A stretch of DNA of 54,880 nucleotides, the filler included, from Basidiobolus ranarum (taxonomy: Eukaryota), in the NCBI GenBank assembly GCA_040143965.1. It is 2 parts of 2 records of this genome, joined end to end, with 100 filler letters (N's around TTAATTAATTAA, not from the genome) between each part and the next. Parts side by side here need not be neighbours in the genome. Positions count along the whole stretch, not along the records: positions 27,544 to 54,880 come from JASJQH010000123.1; 1 more part is not named here. The stretch is one strand, 5' to 3'. Below the pieces are notes generated by a model that was not told the origin of the DNA, did not search any database, and saw only the letters and a list, made by a program, of their open reading frames with translations. Below are positions 36,087 through 46,670 of this stretch, piece after piece; the first letter of the stretch is position 1; every line of letters begins with the position of its first letter. The position numbers and the translations under genes were made by a program.

Positions 36087-38144
36087 ATGTCACAGCTTCG
36101 ATTATCAGAAGAGTTAATCCCCCTCATCATTTTACAACTTGCACACGAAAAACATACACTTTATTCTCTACTCACAGTCAACAAGTTCTTTTTCCATACG
36201 GCTGCACCTATTCTGTACAAGAATCCTTTTCAACCATTCTTTTGGCCTAATTATTCGGAACCCATAAAACGAAAGATTCTGTACCTCCTCTTAGCTTCCT
36301 CGAATCTTCTACCTGAACTGCTTAAACACACAACTGGAATATTGGACTTGGCCTTAACAGATTGGGATCCTCCAACTGGCCCGTTTACAGTAAATTATCT
36401 AGATTACTACACCGAGATTAATTACTCTGAGTGGGAGAATATTTCCGAGGCACCTTTTTCTTATTCTGTAGGTAACTCTAGTCTTGAGACTGGATTTGGC
36501 CAAATCACCCACCTCTTATTTTGCAATTACAATGCAGTGAAGATTAGAAATATTTATTTACCAATCTTTAACGTTAAACCTTACTTTCCGATAGTTGTAA
36601 GTTTGTCTTCTGTGCGAAGAATCAACTTTCATAGGTTTTATGAAGATGGGTATTGCACCAACGACCAAAATATCGTGACGATACAGGATGCTATTGAGTT
36701 TGTTAAAATTCTTGTTGAGACCTTTGACAACACCTTAACTGAGATAAAGATCCCAGATTTAACTGACTTGAAGCGTTATGGAATTCGATCGGATGTACAA
36801 ATTTCGGATATAATCAGAATCCTGATACGACCTCGAGTAATTGATGTGCATGACTCCTACGATTTTTGTCAGTATCTTCAAGGTCCTACTACTGAGCACC
36901 TTCGCGTCTTTGGTGGGCCACTCATGCAACATAGTCAAAGAATACAAAACTGGGACTCGGCATCTTTATTTCAGCGTTGTCCTAAATTAGAAAAAATCCG
37001 CTTTATGTCATCGCAACCAAATAGTTTCAAATGGGCAGTGGAGAGACGTGATTTACTTCATGATTTCGACTCCGCTTTAAGTAGTACGTCAAATATCAAA
37101 CTACCACCTCTTCAAGAAGTTGACATGTTATGTCAGCATTGCCCTACTCTTCCCATTGTTCAGGATATCGTCTATGCATTCAGGAATACAATCAAGAGCA
37201 TCACTGTGTCAGATAAAATACTCCCTAATCTCCACCCTGACTCTCTCAGCTGGGATTGGTTACTGCCTAATCTTGTGAAAATCAAAATTAGTGAAGCAGA
37301 CTTATCTTTGTTTGACTTTGGATCACTCAATTTGTGTCCATCTTTGCAAGAGCTTTACCTATCCAGCAAGTATGACTTTCGCGAGCATGGAACTCCAATT
37401 GAATTTGGTCCGGTACTTAAGCTATCAAGTCTCCGAAAAATCAAATTGGAGTCCGGAATAACGTCTAAATTCGATTTTGACTCTCTCAAATACTCACCAT
37501 TACTGGAATCACTTATACTTCGCGAATCAAACTCATTTCTTCCCATGAGATCAGCGGATTCACCTTGCTGGACATGGACATGGGATTGGAATTTGCCGAA
37601 TTTAAAAGAATTGTTCCTGGCAGGAGAATCAGCTGTCCTTTTCCAATTTCGTTTGTTGGAGTCATGTCCGCCACTGGAGTTTCTTAAACTGGTGATATAT
37701 GATTACCATCGATCGTTGTTTTTAGATGAAATACCTACAAAAGATTCACCCTTACCTACAGAATTCGTGAAACAAGCAAGATCAAGAAAGAAAATTAAAC
37801 AAAATTCAATATTTATACTTCAAGGAAAGTGGGAACTCTCTGGGAAGACTATACCTACTCTCTTGCAACGATACATGTCTCATATCACGGATATCCAACT
37901 GACTGACATTCAAGGTTTAACGGCTATAGATGTCATAAATGCAACTAAAGAGCTGACTCGTATTAAAGTTGTACGTTGTACCATATGCTTGACAGATACT
38001 GACATAGAGCAAAGTGGAATGCATGTGATAGACCGTTGCTTATACGATAAAGGGTGGAGAAGTATTGGCAGGATCGACTCTGTAAACTATATCATGGGTT
38101 ATAAAGCAAATATCAATACGATAAGACCCTATTTACGCACATAA
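36087..38144 (+). CDS. F-box-like + LRR/RNI-like protein, copy 4 (685 aa)
   Basis: Start chosen by alignment with the paralogs (MSQLRLSEELIP); intact frame. Confidence 0.88.
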   Translation: MSQLRLSEELIPLIILQLAHEKHTLYSLLTVNKFFFHTAAPILYKNPFQPFFWPNYSEPIKRKILYLLLASSNLLPELLKHTTGILDLALTDWDPPTGPFTVNYLDYYTEINYSEWENISEAPFSYSVGNSSLETGFGQITHLLFCNYNAVKIRNIYLPIFNVKPYFPIVVSLSSVRRINFHRFYEDGYCTNDQNIVTIQDAIEFVKILVETFDNTLTEIKIPDLTDLKRYGIRSDVQISDIIRILIRPRVIDVHDSYDFCQYLQGPTTEHLRVFGGPLMQHSQRIQNWDSASLFQRCPKLEKIRFMSSQPNSFKWAVERRDLLHDFDSALSSTSNIKLPPLQEVDMLCQHCPTLPIVQDIVYAFRNTIKSITVSDKILPNLHPDSLSWDWLLPNLVKIKISEADLSLFDFGSLNLCPSLQELYLSSKYDFREHGTPIEFGPVLKLSSLRKIKLESGITSKFDFDSLKYSPLLESLILRESNSFLPMRSADSPCWTWTWDWNLPNLKELFLAGESAVLFQFRLLESCPPLEFLKLVIYDYHRSLFLDEIPTKDSPLPTEFVKQARSRKKIKQNSIFILQGKWELSGKTIPTLLQRYMSHITDIQLTDIQGLTAIDVINATKELTRIKVVRCTICLTDTDIEQSGMHVIDRCLYDKGWRSIGRIDSVNYIMGYKANINTIRPYLRT

Positions 38145-38231
38145 ACCTTGACCCAAAGTTTCCACCTAAGATGGTAAAGATCTAAGTCGAAGGAGTAGGC
38201 TCTTCATTGTTTTAGTTCAGTTCACTCTAAT

Positions 38232-38846
38232 TGTGCCCGTCTTTTGAAGAACTTTGGCAAATCCCAAAAATTCAATTTTGACTCGCTCAAATACTCTTAT
38301 TTACTGGAATCCCTCATACTTTACGAAATTGGCTCACCTCTTCCAACTAATTTACCTTGCTGGACCTAGAATTGCATCCAAAGTGATTGAATCTTACTAG
38401 AGAATCAGCTGACATTGTTCAATTCTGTTTACTGGATTCCTCTCGACTATTGCAATATCTCGAACAGATTACGTAAATTACCGCATAGACTATAAACAAA
38501 AACGATCTCCGTAATGCTTTTAATTATGATTGCTTTCGCCAGAAATTACTAGCATTAGATATAAATGCAGAGAATACACTACCAGAAAGATATATGTACG
38601 ACTATATACGTATTACAGAGTTGTTTAACTAACTTTAAAGTATGAGTTTGTTAATAATAATTAAAAAATATCCATTCGGAACATATGCCATATCGAAGAA
38701 ACCTTCTAATGCCACCAAATTTGCCTCATATTGTAGAAAGTACTACGTCATATTTGACAAAAGCTGAGTTGGAACAAACTGAAATGGTTATGAAAGAAGC
38801 TATTGGAGGTACTATCGGCTCGGTGAGTTACAGAATGGATTGGTGA
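38232..38846 (+). pseudogene. Degenerate 3' remnant of an F-box/LRR paralog
   Basis: Blocks matching CPSLEEL, KFNFDSLKYS, PCWTW, GESA..FQF and the copy-3-like end GTIGSVSYRMDW*, interrupted by deletions, stops and frameshifts. Confidence 0.8.
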
Positions 38847-39719
38847 TTTGTAACAGTTAACCAAATAGAAGCAAGAATTAACACATTGCTGTTCAATGTA
38901 GAGTGTGTGATGCTATATATGGATTTAGGTATGGTGACAAAAGAACTAAGAAACATATATATCATATATGACTTCTTAAATGATGGTTCATTGGAATATT
39001 AGAGTTAAGATCCTAAATATTCAAATATCAAATTTAGCACATTTCGTAAGTATAAAAGTTGCTAGAGGAGTATTAAAATTAATTCCATGTTTGTCTCATT
39101 ATGACGAAACCTAATTCCATTGAGGTGGTAATGTTGACAGAAAAATATCAACCAGTAATGGCAGTAATGTATATATAAATGACTATGAATATTTTGTTAC
39201 ACCTTAACTGAAATAAGGGATCAAGGCCACTTTATCTAAGTGCTTATTCTTCCAATATGTCAATCATCAAACTACGCTAATAAAGATCCACCCAATATCA
39301 GATATCTCTTGGATTAACCGAAACAGTGACATCTTTGGAGTGGACTGTCCTCGAAATACTATAACTTATCATCTCATATGTTTCTATAAAATATCAGTTT
39401 CTTTCAATATTAACTAATAAATTTGTAACATTTGATGCTCGTAGGTGCTCATAAAATGTCCATTAGACTTATAAGAAGGATCGAAAAGTACCAGTTAGAT
39501 CAGCAAATTTATGCTCATAAAACACCAGAATTCCATGGTAATTGGCGGTTATACTTAGGCCTGAAACCATTCCTTTAGGCGTAGTTGGGATGCCGTGATC
39601 TCCATTGTGTCTGAAAATAAACACGGCTTATCAAAGGATTATTTTTAATCCTTTTTGTTTCCTTGCTAACATATTAGACTGTTGCTCATTCTTGCACAAA
39701 TCTAGGTTTTACTTTAGCG

Positions 39720-41771
39720 ATGTCCTCATTTCAAATACCAGAAGATCTGATTACGCAGATTATTTCACATCTCGCATACGAAAAGCACACACTCCATTCC
39801 CTACTCACAGTTGATAAGTTGTGCTTCAACGTAGCCGCATCAGTTCTGTATAGGAATCCATTCCGCCCTTGCTATTGGTCTCGACCTTTAAGTATTAAAC
39901 AGCGGGATGTTCTATACCTTCTCTTAGCTTCTGCGAACCTTCTACAAAAACTGGAAAAATATTCAAATAAAACATTGACCTGGGCCTCAAGCGAATGGCA
40001 ACCTCCACTCGGTCCTTTTACAGTGAACTATCTTCAGTACTACACCGAGATTGATTTCTCTCACTGGGGTGTTATCTCGGAGGAAAAATTTTCGTACGTA
40101 GTAGGTAATTCTAAACCCGAACCTGAGTTTTGCCGCTTTATTCATCTCTTATTTTGCAAATATAATGCAAGGAATATCAAGAGTGTTTCTTTACCAATTT
40201 TGGATATGAAGCCGTACTTGCCGTTAGCTGCAAGATTATCTTCGCTGCAAAGAGTAGAATTTATAGTATATCATGATGGAATCTCGAGGACTGATAACCA
40301 AAATATCTTGACAATACAAGATGCCATCAGGTTTATTAAGATTCATGTTGATGTCTTTGACGACACTTTAACCGAGATAAAGGTCCCAGATCTTACTAAC
40401 TTGAGGCGTCGTGTAATTGGATCGAATGAACAAATCTCGGATATGATCAGAATCTTGAAACGACCTCAAGTAATTGATGTAGCTGACTCCTATGATTTTT
40501 CCCAATTTATCCAAGGCTCTATTGCTGACCATCTCCGAGTCTTCAGTGGCCCACACATGAGCTATGATGAGGGAATACAAGACTGGGACTCACTTTCTTT
40601 ACTTCAGCGTTGTCCTAAATTGGAAAAAATCCACTTTAGTTCGACTGAGCCAAACAGTTTTCGATGGGCAGTGGAGAGGCGAGATTCGCTTATAGACCCT
40701 GATTCCTCCTCAAGCAACCAGTCAGTCATCAAACTGCCACCTCTTCAAGATGTTGACATTATGTATGAGAATTGTGCAGCTCTTCCCAATGTTCAGGATA
40801 TCATCTACGCTTTCAGAAATACCATAAAGAGTATCGCTGTAAATGAAGATCGGCCCACCGGAGTCGGGCCTGAACCTCTCTGTTGGGACTGGTTGCTACC
40901 TAACCTTGTAAAGCTCCGTATCGAACAAGTGGATTTTTCATTATTTGACTTTGGATCCCTCAATTTTTGCCCGTCTTTGGAAAAGATCTGCCTAGTTAGC
41001 AAGTGTGAGCATTCTCATCGTGGTAGAGATATTAGTCGTAGTAGCGGCAATGTGACCGAATTCGGCCCAGCACTTAGGTTACCAAATCTTCGGAAAATTC
41101 GATTAGAACACGAAGTATCTTACCAATTCAATTTTGACTCTCTCAAATACTCACCGTTACTGGAATCACTCACAATTACAGAATCGGGCTTATGTCTTCC
41201 GATAAGACTGGAAAACTCAGCTTGCTGGGCATGGACATGGGACTGGAATTTGCCACATTTGAAACGGTTGGATCTGGAAGGTGAATCGGCGTTCCTCTTT
41301 CAATTCCGTTTATTGGAATCATGTCCACCACTGGAATATCTCTCACTGAGCATGAGGAAATACCATCGCGTATTATCGTTGGATGAGATCCCAAATACAA
41401 ATTCATCTTTTCGTTCTAAATATGTGATCCCCGAAGTGTCAGACAATGAGCTCATTCAAGGTCCAACATTTAAGCTCAATGGATGGTGGGAACTCACTGG
41501 GGAAACACTATATGTTCTCTCACGACGATACATGTCTCATGTCACGTACATTGATCTTATTGGTACTGAAGGACTTACCCTTCTAGATGTCATCTATGCT
41601 ACCCATACGCTTCCCCGTGCTCGATTTGTACATTCTACGTTATACTTGACAAATGATGATTTAGAAAATAACCCAATGCTCTCGAGGAGCTATACAAGAT
41701 ATGGCAAGGGATGGGAGTTCAGATGCTCAGTTGATTCTGTGGATTACCTTATAGTATGTATTCCAAAATAG
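39720..41771 (+). CDS. F-box-like + LRR/RNI-like protein, copy 5 (683 aa)
   Basis: Intact ORF with the family motifs; pairs with copy 6, including flanking DNA. Confidence 0.88.
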   Translation: MSSFQIPEDLITQIISHLAYEKHTLHSLLTVDKLCFNVAASVLYRNPFRPCYWSRPLSIKQRDVLYLLLASANLLQKLEKYSNKTLTWASSEWQPPLGPFTVNYLQYYTEIDFSHWGVISEEKFSYVVGNSKPEPEFCRFIHLLFCKYNARNIKSVSLPILDMKPYLPLAARLSSLQRVEFIVYHDGISRTDNQNILTIQDAIRFIKIHVDVFDDTLTEIKVPDLTNLRRRVIGSNEQISDMIRILKRPQVIDVADSYDFSQFIQGSIADHLRVFSGPHMSYDEGIQDWDSLSLLQRCPKLEKIHFSSTEPNSFRWAVERRDSLIDPDSSSSNQSVIKLPPLQDVDIMYENCAALPNVQDIIYAFRNTIKSIAVNEDRPTGVGPEPLCWDWLLPNLVKLRIEQVDFSLFDFGSLNFCPSLEKICLVSKCEHSHRGRDISRSSGNVTEFGPALRLPNLRKIRLEHEVSYQFNFDSLKYSPLLESLTITESGLCLPIRLENSACWAWTWDWNLPHLKRLDLEGESAFLFQFRLLESCPPLEYLSLSMRKYHRVLSLDEIPNTNSSFRSKYVIPEVSDNELIQGPTFKLNGWWELTGETLYVLSRRYMSHVTYIDLIGTEGLTLLDVIYATHTLPRARFVHSTLYLTNDDLENNPMLSRSYTRYGKGWEFRCSVDSVDYLIVCIPK

Positions 41772-42289
41772 GCCTCAGAACTAAGGACATATATACGTAT
41801 CTAATAAATACTCATAATCAAGGGGGAAAATTGCAGTCATTTCGAATGTTGCCGACATCCATTAGTGTATATTTACTGAGTGCTTTGCTGACAAGTGATC
41901 ACGTTAGACCTATATTGGATTTGACATAGTTCGGAAAATTAGATTGTAATCTCTAGCAGACGATAGAGTGCACTTTGATGACGTAAAGGAACAGAAAATT
42001 ATGTAAATGTAATGTATGCTTCTAATCATTAACTACTTTGCAAGAGTTGTCGATACATATCTTATATTAAGTAATTTCTCTACAAAAGACATGATATTGA
42101 CTGTTCTCTTGGTTTATTGGGTTCTACTTTTTGACTGAGAACCATCAATTGCTATTGCTCTTTCAGTATTCCAAATCTTAGAAATCTAAATACATCGTTA
42201 ACAATCTTCGAAAGTCTTGGTTTGGCATATCTGGAATTTAATCCGATTGAAGCAAAGGCTGCTATTCTTTAAGGGCGGAGTATTGTATT

Positions 42290-43190
42290 GAGGGATATTG
42301 CCGGGCATTGTCCTCGGATGGAATACTGCTAGCAGATACTAATTTACTTTCTGCATCTGTGAACCGACAGAGTTACCTCCATTTGTACACATTACAATCA
42401 GTTAATCAGTTTTGAGCTCAACTTTTTTTTACAATAGAATTACATATTATTGGCAAAATTTCTATTTCGACAATAGAAGTACATATCGTCAATATTTCTA
42501 AATACATGTTAGATAATTCCCAAACTTTTAACATTATGGCTTTTATCATTATCATTGCATGTTTCCTCTGAATATTCTTTACTTGCACCAATCACATCAC
42601 TTAGAATCAGTGAATGAGCAACACAAGTCTAGCAACGTATTCAAATTGTAATGAAGGCAACTTTCCAATACTAAAAACATTTATATATGTCATAGATGTT
42701 AAGAAAATGATGTAGTCAGTAATTTATTCATTGAATATGATTCATGAAGCAGTTTGTTCAACTAAATATCTGGTAATCTACATCATGTTCATGAAAAAAA
42801 TTACTCTGTACAGAAATGCAAATTATAGGAAGTCTATTCCGTCTCTCCAGTAGTAACAAACATATGTATCAAAGCTGGTTTGTTCAAGGGAATATCTTCC
42901 ACAGCCTGACAAATTGTATGCAATGTGGTAGATAGATCGTTTTGGGATCAAAAACATTGAAATTGTGATCAATATTTAGTGGAACACTAACTAGGAAATT
43001 TATTGGATTTGTGTGCATTGTTGGAATGGCTTAATTTCAACATTGGAGAGTATCTTCGAACATTGTCTTTGGATGATATACTCAGAACATATTTGCTTTC
43101 TAAATGAAGTTAGTCACGAATGCCACGAACTCTACTTGAAAGGGTTTGAGCTCCCTGCAGAGGCATTATGTAACTCGAGCCGTATATGTT
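42290..43190 (+). pseudogene. Scattered degenerate F-box/LRR fragments (~42290-42367 and ~43000-43190)
   Basis: GGATATTGCCGGGCATTGTCCTCGGATGGAATACTG...TCTGTGAACCGA matches the copy-7 GYCRELSLEEIL...SVNR segment. TTATTGGATTTGTGT...TTGTCTTTGGATGATATACTCAGAACA matches LLDSCPPLE...RSLSLDEI. Confidence 0.6.
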
Positions 43191-43751
43191 GACTTGATCC
43201 AACATCTCAGTTTATATATCTAACTAAGTGCTGATTCTTCCAGTATATCTTTGTGTTAATCCGGTAATAAAGTTGAGCTGAAAATCAGAATTAGCATTTC
43301 CAAAGCAGTACAACGTTTCTACATCCTTAACATTCCCTATTCCACCCTAAAGACGTCACTATCTCGAATATCTGAAGTTCGCTTAACATCTCACGTGTTT
43401 CATCTACAAAATATCAGCTGCTTTCAATATCGACTAATGATAAATCAGCAACAATAGTGCACTTTCCGCTCGCATACTCTGATAAAATGTCCATTAGACC
43501 TATAAGAAGGATCGAAGACTACTAGTTAGATCAGCAAGTTTATCCTCAAAAAATACCAGAATTCCACGGTAATTGGCGGTTATACTTAGCATCCTAACTA
43601 TGCCTAAAGGAATGGTTTCAGGCCTGTGACCTCGATTGTGTCTGATAAAAAGTACTGCCTATCAAAGGATTAAGAATAATACTTTTCTACTTCCTTACTG
43701 ACATACTTGACTGTAGCTCCTTCTTGCACAAATCGGGGTTATACTTTAACA

Positions 43752-45824
43752 ATGTCCTCAATTCCAATACCAAAAGAACTAATTCCTCAAATCATTGCAC
43801 AACTCGCTTACGAAAAGCAAACACTCCATTCTCTACTTACAGTTAATAAGTTGTGCTTCAACGCAGCCGCATCAGTTCTGTATAGGAATCCATTCCGCCC
43901 TTGCTATTGGTCTCAACCTTTGAGTATTAAAAAGCGGGATGTTCTATACCTTCTCTTAGCTTCTGCGAAACTTCTACGAAAACTGACAAAATATTCAAAA
44001 AAAATATTGGTCTGGGCCTCAAGTGAATGGGAACCTCCACTTGGCCCTTTTACAGTAAACTATCTTCAGTACTACACTGAGATTGACTACTCTCAATGGG
44101 ACGTTATCACCACGGCAGCTTTTTCATACGTAGTAAGTAACTCTAGACCTGGACCTGAGTTTGGCCACTTTATCCATCTCTTATTTTGCAAATATAATGC
44201 AAGGAATATCAAGAGCGTTTCCTTGCCAATTTTGGATATGAAGCCGTACTTGCCATTAGCTGTGAGATTGTCTTCGCTGCGAAGAATAGAATTTTGTAGG
44301 GTATATCACGATGAAATCTTGTGTACCAATAACCAGAATATCGTGACAATACAAGATGCCATCAGGTTTATTAAGATTCATGTTAAGGTTTTTGACGACA
44401 CTTTAACTGAGATAAAGATCCCAGATCTTACTGACTTGAAGTTTGATGGAATTCGGTCGAATGTACGAATCTCGGATATCATCAGAATCTTGAAACGACC
44501 GCAAGTAATTGACGTAGCTGATTCTTATGATTTTTGCCAGTTTATCCAAGGCCCTATCGATAACCGTCTCCGGGTCCTCAATGGCCCATTCATGAGATAC
44601 AGTGAAGGAGTACAAGACTGGGACTCGGCTTCTTTACTTCAGCGCTGTCCTAAATTGGAAAAAATCCGCTTCAGTTCGACTGAGCCAAACAGTTTTCGAT
44701 GGGCAGTGGAGAGGCGAGATTCGCTAATAAACTCTGATTCTTCCTCAAGCAACCAGCCAGCCATCAAACTGGCACCTCTTCAAGATGTTCACATTATGTA
44801 TCAGAATTGCGCGGCTCTTCCCATTGTCCAGGATATCATCTATGCTTTCAGAGATACAATCAAGAATATCGATATGACGGATCATCAGCCAAGTGGACTC
44901 GGGCCTGAGCCTCTTTGTTGGGACTGGTTGCTACCGAACCTTGTAAAGATCCTTATCAATCAAGCGGATTTTGCATTGTTTGACTTTGGATCCCTTAACT
45001 TCTGCCCGTCTTTGGAAGAACTCTGCTTAATTAGCAGGTATGAGCATTTTGGTAGGAGCAGTAACAGTAGTAGTAGCAGCGGCACTGTGACCGATTTCGG
45101 CCCGGTACTTAGGCTACCAAATCTTCGGAAAATTCGATTGGAGCATGGAGTATCTTACCAATTCAATTTTGATTCTCTCAAATACTCACCGTTACTGGAG
45201 TCGCTCATACTTAAAGAATCGGGCTCATGTCTTCCGATACGACCGGAAAACTCACCTTGCTGGGCATGGACATGGGACTGGAATTTGCCACATTTGAAGC
45301 AGTTAGATCTGGCTGGAGAATCAGCGATCCTCTTTCAATTCCGTTTTTTGGAATCATGCCCACCACTGGAACATCTCACACTGAGCACGGAGCGATATCA
45401 TCGTTCATTATCCTTGGATGAGATACCAAAAACAAATTTCTCTTTTCGTTCTAAATATGTGATCCCAGGAGTGTCAAACAATGGATTCAGTTGCAGTCCA
45501 AAATATGTGCTCAATGGAAGGTGGGAACTCTCTGGGAAAACATTATTTGTTCTCTCACAACGATATATGTCTCATGTCGTAGAAATTCATCTTAATGGTA
45601 ATGAAGGATTTGCCGCTCTAGATGTCATCTATGCTACCCATATGCTGCCCCGTGCTCGATTTGTATATTCTACGTTATACTTGACAGATGATGATGTAAA
45701 AACCAATGCAATGTTCTTGAAGGACTGTAAAGTACGTGCTAAAGGATGGAAGTTCTTAGGCTCTGCTGACTCTGTAAATTACGTTATAAAATGTATTCCA
45801 GCCCAAAATAGGCCTTGGAGCTAA
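43752..45824 (+). CDS. F-box-like + LRR/RNI-like protein, copy 6 (690 aa)
   Basis: Intact ORF from MSSIPIPKELIP; paralog of copy 5. Confidence 0.88.
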   Translation: MSSIPIPKELIPQIIAQLAYEKQTLHSLLTVNKLCFNAAASVLYRNPFRPCYWSQPLSIKKRDVLYLLLASAKLLRKLTKYSKKILVWASSEWEPPLGPFTVNYLQYYTEIDYSQWDVITTAAFSYVVSNSRPGPEFGHFIHLLFCKYNARNIKSVSLPILDMKPYLPLAVRLSSLRRIEFCRVYHDEILCTNNQNIVTIQDAIRFIKIHVKVFDDTLTEIKIPDLTDLKFDGIRSNVRISDIIRILKRPQVIDVADSYDFCQFIQGPIDNRLRVLNGPFMRYSEGVQDWDSASLLQRCPKLEKIRFSSTEPNSFRWAVERRDSLINSDSSSSNQPAIKLAPLQDVHIMYQNCAALPIVQDIIYAFRDTIKNIDMTDHQPSGLGPEPLCWDWLLPNLVKILINQADFALFDFGSLNFCPSLEELCLISRYEHFGRSSNSSSSSGTVTDFGPVLRLPNLRKIRLEHGVSYQFNFDSLKYSPLLESLILKESGSCLPIRPENSPCWAWTWDWNLPHLKQLDLAGESAILFQFRFLESCPPLEHLTLSTERYHRSLSLDEIPKTNFSFRSKYVIPGVSNNGFSCSPKYVLNGRWELSGKTLFVLSQRYMSHVVEIHLNGNEGFAALDVIYATHMLPRARFVYSTLYLTDDDVKTNAMFLKDCKVRAKGWKFLGSADSVNYVIKCIPAQNRPWS

Positions 45825-46670
45825 GAGTATTTGTACGTATATAATGAATACTTATAATCATACTGACTTCTGCTTACTGCTCAATATCAAAGTAAATATT
45901 CGATACTTTTGCTGAATACTTTACAAACCAACAATCAAATTATTGGATGTCATATAGCTCTGAATGCTAAAGTACACTCTATATATTTAGAGTGTACTTT
46001 GATAAATAAAGGAACCGTGACTACAAGAAACAGTAAATTCTTGTTAATGCAATATATGCTTAGTAATAAGGAATCTGTAGTTGCTGATACATATCTAAGC
46101 TGATATATATCTTATATATCCCTAGTAGGATTGCCTTTCAATTTGTTTTATTGAATTCATGTCCACTGCTTAACTGAGAATCAAGTGATTGCCGTTACCC
46201 ATTAGCATATTGTAAAATCTATTAAATCTCTAAATACATTGGAAATCCTAAAATATAAATCTCTCAATACATTGATAAAATCTTAACCCGATTGCAGCCA
46301 AGGAATATTAACTTGTTATTTAGACTCATTCTCATAGCCAACCCAGCCTTAGTAATACCAATGTACAATTCATGCTCATATAGTCTCAAAAAGCCCCAAG
46401 ATCAAAGTATAAATATATATAGCGAATTAGATATTCTAGAAAGGTACTGTTGTGACCCTATAAATATAATTTCAAACTAACGATAGTCTTGAACTTGTTT
46501 GACCAAATCCGATTGTTAAACCACTATTACTAAAATTCCACTTTGAAAGTAGTACTGTACGACATTGGATACGCTACCAGCTAATTCAAAGAGTAAATAA
46601 AAAGAGTTACTTTACAATGTTCAGAGTTTGCTTTACTTTCATAACTTGCGCAGTAGGATTCACTTTAAGC

